Shown here piece after piece: positions 7,850 to 17,137 of a stretch of DNA of 64,000 nt (positions are counted from its first letter, which is position 1; each line of letters opens with the position of its first letter). Source of the stretch: Vicinamibacteria bacterium (GTDB taxonomy: Bacteria; Acidobacteriota; Vicinamibacteria; Marinacidobacterales; Marinacidobacteraceae). The notes beneath the pieces were generated by a model. That model searched no databases. It worked only from the letters and a program-made list of their open reading frames with translations, and had not been told where the DNA came from. Location: positions 1,568,001 to 1,632,000 of the forward strand of contig OZ219816.1 of NCBI GenBank assembly GCA_964291235.2, given 5' to 3'. The position numbers and the translations under genes were made by a program.

Positions 7850-10288
7850 CTACTGCAGGAACTCCCGTAGCCGCGCGCGGGCCAGCGTGAAGCGCTCGAG
7901 GATGCGGGGTACCGGAGTGTCCCCGTAGCGCTCGCGAACCTCGGCCTCGGAGAGGTCGAGGGCGCGGAGGAGATCGCGCGCCGCGGCATCGGCGGCCACC
8001 GGGTCGTAGCTGCCCACCTCCCCAACCCAGACGGGGGAGGTCTGTGCGAAGACCGAACCGTTCATGCCGGGCCAGCTCTCCTCGCCGCCGTGGGCCCGGG
8101 CCGCGACCCACCCCCCGGCGGGTAGCGGCAGCGTCCCGCTCAGCTCGCGGACGCCGGGCTCGGCGAGGCCGGCCACGGTTTCCACCACCTCCCCATTCAC
8201 GATCAGATCCACCTGCCCCACCGGTCCAGTATGAGCGAGCGTCAGGGTCCAGGCAGCCTCTCCGGCCGCTGTCACCGCGCCGCCCGGACGCTCACCCCCC
8301 AGCCGGAAGTCCAGAAGCGGCCCGGTGGTCACGAAGCTCTTCCCCGCCTTGAGAGCCTCCAGATACGGCCCGATCCGGAAGGGTCCCGGCACGTGGACAT
8401 AGATCCGTGTCGTGCCGACCGCCATCGTCCGGTGGTAGTCGAGCATGACGTCGGTCCCGGCGGAGGCCGCAAGCGGTACCCCGAGGTTCAGGAACCGGTG
8501 CCAGAGGTCGGCGGTGCCGAACTCGTTCGTCCACAGGCACGCCACCTCCAGGGTGTCGAGATCGCCGAGGAGTGCGTCCGGAATCACGCTGATCGGAATG
8601 GCGCCCAATCCGGCCTCGCTGCCAAAGGGATCCGGGTGCGACACCGGGTGCATGTAGGCGCTCACCCCTCCCTGGCTTCTTGAATGAGCCAGGGCCTCGA
8701 GGTTCGGGCGATCGTCGGCTTCGTAGACGGGATAGCCCGGGCCCCAGAACCAGGGCCAGAACGTGCTCTCGATGCCGATCAGGCCCAGGTGCCCCAGAAA
8801 ATGGGACCGGATCTCCTGACCGAACAGGACCGCCGGCACGTCGTCCACGCGCCGGTCCGCGAAGAACTCGGTGTCGTTCCGGCGGTGGTGGAGGTTCGCC
8901 ATCAGGGGGGTGCCGAGGTCCATGTCCTCGCCCGCGAGCAGCAGTTCCAGGTCGTCTGGCGAAAGCCGGGTCACGCCGCCGTAGTTGAGGTGGAAGTGGT
9001 GATCGGCCGAGCGATACCCCGCCGCCCGGGCATCCCAGAGGGGTTCGAACACCAGCTCGGCCTCGGCGGTTTGCCCCGGAGTGACCGGGACCGAAGCGGA
9101 CGCCGGCATGCTTCCGAAACCATGGGTCGCGGTGATTCGCACTTCACCCGGCCCGGCCACCGGCATCTCGACCTCCACGACTCCGGGCGTGTAGGAATAG
9201 ATCCGGCCGTGCCTCCCGTCGAAGCGCGGGAAGACTCCGGGGACCACCGCCGGATGCCCACCCGGGTCAACGACCTCGAGGCGCGCTGCGACCGGCGACG
9301 AATCCCCCGCTTTCCGCGTGGTGATCCGGACCCGCGCCAGCGGCATTCCGAAGTCCCAGCCGCGAATGGGGATGTCCTCCACCGGGCCGCCCCGGGTGCT
9401 GATCTTCCGGAGCCGGAACCGTTCCGAATCGTCGGCTTCCGTATAGATGACGTGCCCGCCGTCGGCGGTGAACGCCGGCGTCAGCGGAAGTCCGCGAGCC
9501 GCCACCAACTCTATCGGGTCCCCCTTCGCCGGATCCAGCAGCATCAGCCGGTAGCCGTCGCCTCCGTCGCCCGCCGGCCAGTTCAGCGCCAGGAATGCAT
9601 CCTCCCGAGCGCCCCCGGGCCGAGCCTGCGACGCGATGGATTCGGCCCGCAGCGACCGTTCGGAGCCGTCGGCGGCCCGCACGATGACCGCGTCCGAGGA
9701 GGACCGGCCCTTCGACAGGTAGGCGAGCGATCCGTCCGGCAGCGGCTGCGGCCGCACCTCCAGGCCGCGCCCGTCGGTGACGCGCGCGGGTTCGCCGGTT
9801 TCGAGCGTCAGCCGCCAGATGTCGAGGTCGCCCTCGGTGGCGGCGCTGAAATAGAGCGTCTCTCCGTCCGGCGCCCACGCCGGGTCGAGCACGATCGAAT
9901 CGTCCTCGAAGAGCAGCATCTCCTCCCCGGTCGCGATGTCGAGTGACCAGATGGTGAGCCGCTCGCTGTCATCGCGGAGGAAGGCGAGCCTGCCGCCGTC
10001 CGGATGCCACGCGGGGCGGCTATCGACGTGTTGGCCGCTGGTCACCCGGCGGGCCACCCCGGTTTCCGGATCCAGCAGCCAGATCCAGCCGCGGGCGGCG
10101 ATGGCGATGGTGGTTCCGTCCGGAGAGGGCGCCGGATCCGTCGGCCCCGCCGCCAGCATCGGCAGCTCGAATCCCTCCACGTAAACGTGGTGGGAATACT
10201 CCTCGAGCTTCGGGTAGCGGTTCGTCCACTGCGCGGAGACGGCCCCCGGGATGAGAGCAAGGAGGGCGGAAAACGCAATCAGTCGCAT
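7850..10288 (-). CDS. secreted TolB-like beta-propeller + PHP-like (CehA/McbA family) metallohydrolase
   Basis: Signal peptide MRLIAFSALL; PAPSPDG, PAWHPDG and PAWAPDG repeats; ADHHFH, SAGTD and SFVTTGP. Confidence 0.8.
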   Translation of the reverse strand: MRLIAFSALLALIPGAVSAQWTNRYPKLEEYSHHVYVEGFELPMLAAGPTDPAPSPDGTTIAIAARGWIWLLDPETGVARRVTSGQHVDSRPAWHPDGGRLAFLRDDSERLTIWSLDIATGEEMLLFEDDSIVLDPAWAPDGETLYFSAATEGDLDIWRLTLETGEPARVTDGRGLEVRPQPLPDGSLAYLSKGRSSSDAVIVRAADGSERSLRAESIASQARPGGAREDAFLALNWPAGDGGDGYRLMLLDPAKGDPIELVAARGLPLTPAFTADGGHVIYTEADDSERFRLRKISTRGGPVEDIPIRGWDFGMPLARVRITTRKAGDSSPVAARLEVVDPGGHPAVVPGVFPRFDGRHGRIYSYTPGVVEVEMPVAGPGEVRITATHGFGSMPASASVPVTPGQTAEAELVFEPLWDARAAGYRSADHHFHLNYGGVTRLSPDDLELLLAGEDMDLGTPLMANLHHRRNDTEFFADRRVDDVPAVLFGQEIRSHFLGHLGLIGIESTFWPWFWGPGYPVYEADDRPNLEALAHSRSQGGVSAYMHPVSHPDPFGSEAGLGAIPISVIPDALLGDLDTLEVACLWTNEFGTADLWHRFLNLGVPLAASAGTDVMLDYHRTMAVGTTRIYVHVPGPFRIGPYLEALKAGKSFVTTGPLLDFRLGGERPGGAVTAAGEAAWTLTLAHTGPVGQVDLIVNGEVVETVAGLAEPGVRELSGTLPLPAGGWVAARAHGGEESWPGMNGSVFAQTSPVWVGEVGSYDPVAADAAARDLLRALDLSEAEVRERYGDTPVPRILERFTLARARLREFLQ

Positions 10289-10311
10289 CGAATCACCTTG
10301 GGGGGCTGGGT

Positions 10312-10497
10312 TAACAGCCTGTGGCAAAACCCCCGCGGCGTTCAAGCGGCGATGCATCCCGTCTGAACCGCGCCGCTGTGCGGCGCTCATCGTTGCGTTT
10401 CGGTCGAAATACACCCGGTATTCCTCCCTCACGCGCCTTGTCAGCCGGGCGCCTCGCCGGCTCTCGGCGCTCACGCGGGTTTCACCACAGGCTGTTA
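10312..10497. mobile_element. MITE, family B (long copy)
   Basis: Perfect 13-bp inverted ends TAACAGCCTGTGG / CCACAGGCTGTTA around a non-coding interior; related copies at 55407 and 56136. Confidence 0.7.
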
Positions 10498-11274
10498 GGC
10501 GGCCCGTGAAGGCCGCTTCTGGTGGGCTACCGGAACGTCGGTCACGAACATGAAACCCGGCGCGTGGGAAATCATCAGGTCCGGACGGGCATTTCGGCAG
10601 GCGACCTGCGACGTCACCCCACAGGCCCAAAAGACCGGCGTCTCTCCCGCAAGGAGACCGCCCTCTTCTCCCCAGTCGGGACGGGCCAGATCACCGATCC
10701 CGAGAGCCGCCGGATCGCCGACGTGAATCGGCGCGCCGTGCGCGAGCGGCTGTTCGGCACTGATCCGGATCGCCTCGTCCACCCGGGACTCCGGAATCGG
10801 GCGCATGGTGACCACCAGACGGCCGCGGAACGGCCCCGCCGGTTCGCATTCCCGGTCCGTGAGGTACATGGGCACCACCCGTCCCTCGTCCTGATGCCGC
10901 AGCCGGATACCGGCTTCCACGAGGCCCGCCTCGAAGCCGAAGCTGCAACCGAGCAAGAACGCGTGGAGATCCGCCTCCCAGACCTCGCGAACGTCGCCGG
11001 TGTCGAAGGCCGGCTCCCCGCCCCTGCTGACCCGGTACCGGGGCAGGTCGGTCCTGAGATCGGCGCCGGGCGCCAGCGAGCGCAGCACGGGACTGGCGCT
11101 GGAAAGCAGCAGCGGGCACGGGCGCGGGTTCCGCTCACAGAACAAGCGGAAGTCCTCGGCGAGGGAACGCGGCAACACCATGAGGTTCGCCTGCGCATAG
11201 CCGGGACAGGCTCCCGAGGTCGTCTCGCGGAAGTTTCCGGTCCGGCACGCGGCGCGCAGGGCGGCCGGATTCAT
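10495..11274 (-). CDS. DUF1445 putative hydro-lyase (D-glutamate cyclase-like)
   Basis: GYAQANL, FCERNPRPCPLL, DLRTDLPRY, FLLGCSFGFE, PVFWACGVT and SHAPGFMFVTD. Start could be further upstream (11325). Confidence 0.88.
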   Translation of the reverse strand: MNPAALRAACRTGNFRETTSGACPGYAQANLMVLPRSLAEDFRLFCERNPRPCPLLLSSASPVLRSLAPGADLRTDLPRYRVSRGGEPAFDTGDVREVWEADLHAFLLGCSFGFEAGLVEAGIRLRHQDEGRVVPMYLTDRECEPAGPFRGRLVVTMRPIPESRVDEAIRISAEQPLAHGAPIHVGDPAALGIGDLARPDWGEEGGLLAGETPVFWACGVTSQVACRNARPDLMISHAPGFMFVTDVPVAHQKRPSRAA

Positions 11275-11568
11275 CACGCGTACGTCGGGGCCGAAAACGC
11301 TGCGGCACCCGAAAACAGGGGACAACTCCTGTGCATGACATCAACCTCCCGCACCAACTCTATCGGGACTCTCCACCCGCAAAACTAAGCGGCGCGCCTT
11401 GGTCCCGGGCCTGTTATACTGCCCCCTTCGGGCGACCCCGCGATCTCCGCGCGTTCCGGCGACATACGGACCGGAACTCGCCGGGAAGCGACGCGCCCGA
11501 AATTTTTTTACTCTGGAATCAAAAGTCACCCGCAGTCTCACCCCGATCCGACCTCTGTCCTCAGCATC

Positions 11569-12027
11569 TTGTCCCGTTCGGCAGGCACGACGTTCGCACG
11601 CGCCGGAGAAATCAGGCGCCGCTGGTTTGTGGTGGACGCGGAAGATCAGGCCCTCGGCCGCCTCGCCAGCCGGGTGGCGCGCGTGCTGATCGGCAAGCAC
11701 AAGCCATCCTGGACCCCGTTTCTCGACTGCGGCGACCATGTGATCGTGCTCAACGCCGCTCGGGTCCGGCTCACCGGCCGCAAGGAAGAACAGAAGATGT
11801 ACCACCGGACGAGTGGACGACCCGGCGGCCTCAAGTCGAGAACCGCCGCTCAGGTCCGCAGCGCGCACCCTGAGCGCCTGGTCGAGAGCGCGGTGCGGGG
11901 AATGCTGCCCAAAGGCAGCCTCGGGCGTTCGCAGTTCACCAAGCTGAAGGTGTACTCCGGCGGCGACCACCCGCACTCGGCTCAACAGCCGGAACCCCTT
12001 CCGGCCCAACTCGGCCCGTCATCCTGA
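11569..12027 (+). CDS. rplM: 50S ribosomal protein L13
   Basis: WFVVDAEDQALGRLAS, GKHKP, DCGDHVIV, VRGMLPK and KLKVY..HPHSAQQP; TTG start. Confidence 0.97.
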   Translation: MSRSAGTTFARAGEIRRRWFVVDAEDQALGRLASRVARVLIGKHKPSWTPFLDCGDHVIVLNAARVRLTGRKEEQKMYHRTSGRPGGLKSRTAAQVRSAHPERLVESAVRGMLPKGSLGRSQFTKLKVYSGGDHPHSAQQPEPLPAQLGPSS

Positions 12028-12419
12028 TGTCAGAACCCCTCGCCTACGGGACCGGCAAGCGGAAGTGCTCCATCGCGCGGGTGTACCTGCGGAGCGGTTC
12101 CGGCCAGATCCTCGTGAATCAACGTCCCCTCTCGGAGTATTTCCCGAGAGACACGTACCAGAACTGGGTCACCCAGCCGCTGCTCGCCACCGACCAGGGC
12201 TCGGCGGTGGACGTGGACGCCCGGGTCAAGGGCGGAGGACTCTCCGGCCAGGCAGCGGCGGTTCGCCTCGGGATTGCCCGAGCGTTGAGTGACAACGATG
12301 GGCGGCTTCGGCCGGAACTGAAGCGTCGCGGCTTCCTGACCAGGGATGCGAGACGCAAGGAGCGCAAGAAGTACGGGCAGCCGGGAGCCCGGAAGCGCTT
12401 CCAGTATTCCAAGCGCTGA
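12027..12419 (+). CDS. rpsI: 30S ribosomal protein S9
   Basis: YGTGKRK, GGGLSGQA and ERKKYGQPGARKRFQYSKR. Confidence 0.98.
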   Translation: MSEPLAYGTGKRKCSIARVYLRSGSGQILVNQRPLSEYFPRDTYQNWVTQPLLATDQGSAVDVDARVKGGGLSGQAAAVRLGIARALSDNDGRLRPELKRRGFLTRDARRKERKKYGQPGARKRFQYSKR

Positions 12420-12479
12420 CGATGGCTCACCTGGTGCTCCCCGGCCTCTGCTGGCGGGCTGTTGCCTGTCGCTAGTCCA

Positions 12480-13421
12480 ATGCCCACGACCGTAACGATG
12501 CGGGACCTGCTTGAGGCAGGCCTTCATTTCGGCCATGAGACCAAGTGGTGGAACCCGCGGATGCGGCCGTACATCTACGGCTCCCGCAGCGGGATCCACA
12601 TCGTGGATCTCAACCAGACCCTGCCCCTCTTCCGCGACGCTCTCAACTTCATTTCGAAGCTCGGAGCCGAGGGCAAGACCATCCTGTTTGTCGGCACCAA
12701 GCGCCAGGCGCAGGAGGTCGTTGCCTCGGAAGCTGCCCGGGTGGAGGCGTTCTATGTGAACCACCGGTGGCTCGGTGGACTTCTCACCAACTTCCAGACC
12801 ATCCGCAAGAGCATCGCCAAGTTCCAGGAACTTCGGGAGATCACCGAGAACGCCGATCAAGGCGGCTTCTCGAACAAGGCATGGTCCCGCCTCGACAAAC
12901 GCCGGCGGCGCATGGAAAAGACGCTGAGCGGCATCGAGAAGATGGACCGGCTGCCGGACGCCGTCTGCATCGTGGATCCCAAGAACGAGATGATCGCCGT
13001 CCAGGAGGCGAGGAAGCTCGGAATCCCGATCGTTGCGATTGTGGACACCGATTGTGACCCCGACCTCATCGACTACGTGATTCCGGGCAACGACGACGCC
13101 CTGCGGGCGATTCGCCTGTTCACCCAGCGCATCGCGAACGCGTTCGAGGATGGCCGGCAGCTTCGCGGCCTGGCCTCCTTCGGAGCCGATTCCGATGGAA
13201 CCGCAGCCGTCGAGGCGGCGGGCGCTCCGGCGGGTGCCGTCGAAAACGCTCCGGATGGAGCGAGGCCGGCTCCCGCCAGTGCCGGGACCAGCGCTCCGGC
13301 CACGCCCACGGAAGCCTCCGGCGGACGCGAGGCCGATGGCGCCGCGCCGGAAGCGGCCGAGCCCGTGGGCGCCGTCGCCAGTTCCGATTCCGAGAAACCG
13401 GCGCCAGCCCCCACGGGCTGA
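12480..13421 (+). CDS. rpsB: 30S ribosomal protein S2 with long Ala/Pro/Glu-rich tail
   Basis: LLEAGLHFGH, WNPRM, RWLGGLLTNF, VDTDCDP and IPGNDDA. Confidence 0.98.
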   Translation: MPTTVTMRDLLEAGLHFGHETKWWNPRMRPYIYGSRSGIHIVDLNQTLPLFRDALNFISKLGAEGKTILFVGTKRQAQEVVASEAARVEAFYVNHRWLGGLLTNFQTIRKSIAKFQELREITENADQGGFSNKAWSRLDKRRRRMEKTLSGIEKMDRLPDAVCIVDPKNEMIAVQEARKLGIPIVAIVDTDCDPDLIDYVIPGNDDALRAIRLFTQRIANAFEDGRQLRGLASFGADSDGTAAVEAAGAPAGAVENAPDGARPAPASAGTSAPATPTEASGGREADGAAPEAAEPVGAVASSDSEKPAPAPTG

Positions 13422-13484
13422 CCGGACCTTCTCGAACCCCAACGCCGCCGGCCGGTACCGCCGGCCTCAACAGGAGATTGCGTA

Positions 13485-14111
13485 ATGCCCGCTTTCAGCG
13501 CCCAGGACGTCAAGAAGCTCCGGGACCAGACCGGAGCCGGTTTCGCCGACTGCAAGAAGGCGCTGACGGACGCGGACGGCGATTTCGACAAGGCAATCCG
13601 GTTGCTGCGGGAGAAGGGCGCGGCGGCTGCGGAGCGGCGTGCCGGCCGGGCGACCAGCGAGGGACTGATCCACGCGTACATCCACGACCACCGGATCGGG
13701 GTGATGGTCGAGTTGTCGTGCGAGACCGATTTCGTTGCCCGGAACCAGACATTTCGGGACCTCGCGAACGACGTGGCGATCCACATTGCCTGCGCCTACC
13801 CGGCCCTCGCACGGTGGGTTCGGCGCGAGGACGTGCCCGAAGCCGTCATTGCCGATGAGACCGAACTCATCCACGCGCAGTTGGCGCAGGATCCGAAGAA
13901 CGCCAACAAGCCGCCCGCGGTGGTGGAGCGCATCGTCGCCGGGAAGCTGGACCGGTTCCTTTCCGAGCGGGTGCTGCTCGAGCAACTCTACGCCCTCGAC
14001 GACTCCAAGAAGACCCGCGTTCAGGACCGGGTCCTGGAAGCCGCGCAGGCCATCAAGGAGAACATCCAGGTTCGGCGATTCGTCCGCTTCGAACGCGGCG
14101 AACAGATTTAG
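13485..14111 (+). CDS. tsf: elongation factor Ts (short form)
   Basis: [27 protein letters not shown] and [11 protein letters not shown]. Confidence 0.97.
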   Translation: MPAFSAQDVKKLRDQTGAGFADCKKALTDADGDFDKAIRLLREKGAAAAERRAGRATSEGLIHAYIHDHRIGVMVELSCETDFVARNQTFRDLANDVAIHIACAYPALARWVRREDVPEAVIADETELIHAQLAQDPKNANKPPAVVERIVAGKLDRFLSERVLLEQLYALDDSKKTRVQDRVLEAAQAIKENIQVRRFVRFERGEQI

Positions 14112-14224
14112 CGGTTTACACCGCGTTCGTCCGGGTACCATGGCGCCACTCGGACAGGCTGGAGACGCGCGCTGGTCGCGCGGACCCGGGCGGCCGACCC
14201 TTGAGATCCCATGACGGGCGTCAG

Positions 14225-14947
14225 ATGACCGGACCAAAACGGGTTCTGCTCAAGCTGTCGGGCCAGACGCTCAAGGGCGAAGAGCATGCCGGCATCTCCC
14301 GGGGAGAAGTCGAGCGGATGGCGCGGCTGATCGCGGCGGTGCACGAAGACGGCATCGAAGCGGCGTGTGTGATCGGCGGTGGCAACATCTTTCGCGGCCT
14401 CGGCGCCGAGACCCGGGGCATGGACCGGGTCACCGCGGATTCCATGGGCATGCTCGCCACCCTGATCAACGCGTTGGCGATCCAGGAAGCGCTCGAAAAA
14501 CTCGGCCGCCACACGCGGCTGATGTCCGCGATCACCGTCCGTCAGGTCGCCGAACCCTTCATTCGTCGCCGGGCGCTCCGGCATTTGGAGAAGGGCCGCA
14601 TCGTTCTCTTCGCGGCGGGCACCGGGAATCCCTATTTCTCGACCGACACCGCCGCGGCGCTCCGCGCCAACGAGGTTCGGGCGGACGTGCTCATCAAGGC
14701 CACCCGGGTGCGGGGGGTGTTCACTTCAGACCCGGAAAAGGACCCTGCGGCGCGTCCGATCCGCCGCCTGACCTATCTCGCGGCAATCCGCCAGGAACTC
14801 CGCTTCATGGATACGACTGCGATTTCCCTCTGCATGGAGAACGACCTCCCGATCGTGGTGTGTCACCAGGACGACATTCTCGAAGCGGCGCGAGGCGCCG
14901 ACGTCGGCACCCGGGTCGAGAAGGTGAACGGCAAGGACAACGAGTAA
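14225..14947 (+). CDS. pyrH: UMP kinase
   Basis: [24 protein letters not shown] and [10 protein letters not shown]. Confidence 0.97.
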   Translation: MTGPKRVLLKLSGQTLKGEEHAGISRGEVERMARLIAAVHEDGIEAACVIGGGNIFRGLGAETRGMDRVTADSMGMLATLINALAIQEALEKLGRHTRLMSAITVRQVAEPFIRRRALRHLEKGRIVLFAAGTGNPYFSTDTAAALRANEVRADVLIKATRVRGVFTSDPEKDPAARPIRRLTYLAAIRQELRFMDTTAISLCMENDLPIVVCHQDDILEAARGADVGTRVEKVNGKDNE

Positions 14948-14962
14948 GAGGAGCGGACGACG

Positions 14963-15520
14963 ATGCCCCACCCCATTCTGGATGAACTGAACCGTCGTAT
15001 GGACAAGACGGTCGAGGTGTTCGAACACGAACTCGCCTCGGTGCGAACCGGCCGGGCATCGATCGCCCTGCTCGATTCGGTCCGGGTGGACTACTACGGA
15101 CAGCTCATGCCGCTGAACCAGGTCGCCACCCTGAAGACCCCGGACGCGAGCACCATCACCGTCCAGCCGTGGGAGCGCAATCTGCTTCCCGCGGTGGACC
15201 GGGCGATCCGGGCCGCCGACCTCGACCTGAATCCGGCTTCCGACGGAACCATGCTCCGGATTCCGATTCCGCCGCTCAGCCAGGAGCGGCGCAAACAGCT
15301 CGCCAAGAGCATCAGCCGGATGGCGGAGGAACACAAGAACGCGCTCCGGCAGGTGCGGCGCGACGCCAACCAGCGCGCCAAGAAGCTGGTCAAGAACAAG
15401 GAGCTTTCGGAGGATCTTGAGCACGACCTCGAGGCCGAGGTGCAAAAGGCGACCGATGCCCACGTGAAGCGCCTCGCGGACATCGCCTCCCGCAAGGAAG
15501 CAAGCATCCTCTCCGTCTGA
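14963..15520 (+). CDS. frr: ribosome recycling factor
   Basis: VRTGRAS, VDYYG..PLNQVA, IPPLSQERR and RQVRRDAN. Confidence 0.97.
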   Translation: MPHPILDELNRRMDKTVEVFEHELASVRTGRASIALLDSVRVDYYGQLMPLNQVATLKTPDASTITVQPWERNLLPAVDRAIRAADLDLNPASDGTMLRIPIPPLSQERRKQLAKSISRMAEEHKNALRQVRRDANQRAKKLVKNKELSEDLEHDLEAEVQKATDAHVKRLADIASRKEASILSV

Positions 15521-15521
15521 A

Positions 15522-16727
15522 GTGGCTACCCCGTACTCGTTTCTGACCCACCTCGAGTGCTCGAAGACCGGGCATCACCACGACGCGTTCGCGCCCCAGA
15601 ACCTCTCGAACGAGCGGCACCCGCTGCTCGCCATCTACGACCTGGAAGCCGCCGCGGCGACGTTCACCCCGGAAGCCATCAAGGACCGGCCGTTCGACCT
15701 GTGGCGCTATCACGAAGTGCTTCCCATCCAGAAGGAACGTCACTGCGTGAAGCTCGGCGAGGGGGGAACCCCGCTGCACCCGGCCCCTACGCTGGGCGCG
15801 GAACTGGGGATTCGCGAACTCTTCATCAAGGACGAGGGGATGAATCCCACCGGGAGCTTCAAGGACCGGGGGCTCTGTCTCGCGGTCTCGGCGGCGTACC
15901 AGTTCGGGGCGCCCGGGATTGCCCTGCCCTCCGCCGGGAACGCCGGCGGGGCCGCCGCCGCCTACGCGGCCCGCGCCGGGATGCAGTGCGTGGTCGCGGT
16001 CCCGCGCGACTGCCCCGAGGTGAACCGGATCGAAGCCTCCGTGTACGGGGCCGAGGTCCACTCGATTGACGGGCTGATCTCGGACGCCGGCCGGATGATC
16101 GCGGAGCTGGCGCCGGGACGCGGACTCTTCGAGGTCGCCACCCTGAAGGAGCCCTACCGCATCGAGGGCAAGAAGACGATGGGCTACGAGGTGTTCGAGC
16201 AGCTCGGACGCCTGCCGGACGTGATCCTTTACCCCACGGGGGGCGGCACCGGCCTGATCGGGATGTGGAAGGCGTTCGACGAGATGGAGCGTCTCGGGTG
16301 GATCGGCTCCGAACGGCCCCGGATGGTCTCGGTGCAGGCGGAGGGGTGCGCCCCCATCCCGAAGGCGTTCGAGGAAGGTACGGAAGCCTCGGAAATGTGG
16401 CAGGACGCCCACACCGTGGCCTCCGGGCTCCGGGTCCCCAAGGCTCTCGGGGACTTCCTGATCCTCGCCGCGGTCCGGGAGAGCGGCGGCTCGGCCCTCG
16501 CGGTCAGCGACGAGGACCTCATGCGGGACGCCCGCCGGATCGCCGCCGCCGAGGGCATCTTCGCCGCTCCCGAGGGGGGCGCCTGCCTGACCGCGCTGCG
16601 CCGCCTCCGCGAGACGGGCGATGTGTCCGAGGACGACACCGTGGTGCTCTTCAACACCGGCACCGGCGCCAAGTACGTGGAGGCCTTCCTCGGCCCCGGC
16701 GCCGCCGCACAGCACGCGGAGCTATAG
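15522..16727 (+). CDS. thrC: threonine synthase family PLP enzyme
   Basis: LGEGGTPL, NPTGSFKDRG (PLP lysine), SAGNAG and RIEGKKT. Confidence 0.8.
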   Translation: MATPYSFLTHLECSKTGHHHDAFAPQNLSNERHPLLAIYDLEAAAATFTPEAIKDRPFDLWRYHEVLPIQKERHCVKLGEGGTPLHPAPTLGAELGIRELFIKDEGMNPTGSFKDRGLCLAVSAAYQFGAPGIALPSAGNAGGAAAAYAARAGMQCVVAVPRDCPEVNRIEASVYGAEVHSIDGLISDAGRMIAELAPGRGLFEVATLKEPYRIEGKKTMGYEVFEQLGRLPDVILYPTGGGTGLIGMWKAFDEMERLGWIGSERPRMVSVQAEGCAPIPKAFEEGTEASEMWQDAHTVASGLRVPKALGDFLILAAVRESGGSALAVSDEDLMRDARRIAAAEGIFAAPEGGACLTALRRLRETGDVSEDDTVVLFNTGTGAKYVEAFLGPGAAAQHAEL

Positions 16728-16728
16728 A

Positions 16729-16793
16729 CAGGAGCGTCAGCCAGGAGCGTCAGCCAGGAGCGCCGGCCAGGAGCGTCGGCCAGGAGCGCCGGC
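16729..16793 (+). repeat. 5 x 13-bp tandem repeat CAGGAGCGYCRGC
   Basis: Units start at 16729, 16742, 16755, 16768 and 16781; the last runs into the family A element end. Confidence 0.95.
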
Positions 16794-17070
16794 CTCCGGC
16801 CGGCATCGCTCCGCGTAGCGGAGCGAAACTCCCAAACCTGTTCCCCCCCACGTCCCTGACCCAGTCTGTGACAGTGAAGACCGTCCGCGCAGCGGAGCGA
16901 AACTCCCATCGTCAACCCTCCCGGACGGCGCCGCGGCCCAGCAGGGTAGCGCCACTCCCACGCTCGTACGGCGACGCGCCGTCCTCGTTCGGGTTGGCGC
17001 TGTCGGGGCTGATTGGGTCTCGGAGTTACGCCCGCTACGCGGGCGAAGCCAGCCTGGAGGCTGGCGCTCC
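16783..17070. repeat. REP-doublet element, family A (inverted relative to the 7630 copy, longer interior)
   Basis: Left end GGAGCGCCGGCCTCCGGCCGGCATCGCTCCGCGTAGCGGAGCGAAACTCCC; right end GCCAGCCTGGAGGCTGGCGCTCC; interior matches both the 7630 and 30865 copies. Confidence 0.85.
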
Positions 17071-17137
17071 GTAGCGCAGGACCACTCCCCCGGGACCTCC
17101 GAAACCTGCAAGACTCCCGGCTCCGCCACGGATCCCC

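Noticed and set aside
16729-16793. Possible CRISPR array
   Set aside because: 13-bp units are contiguous with no spacers, and there are no cas genes in the window.
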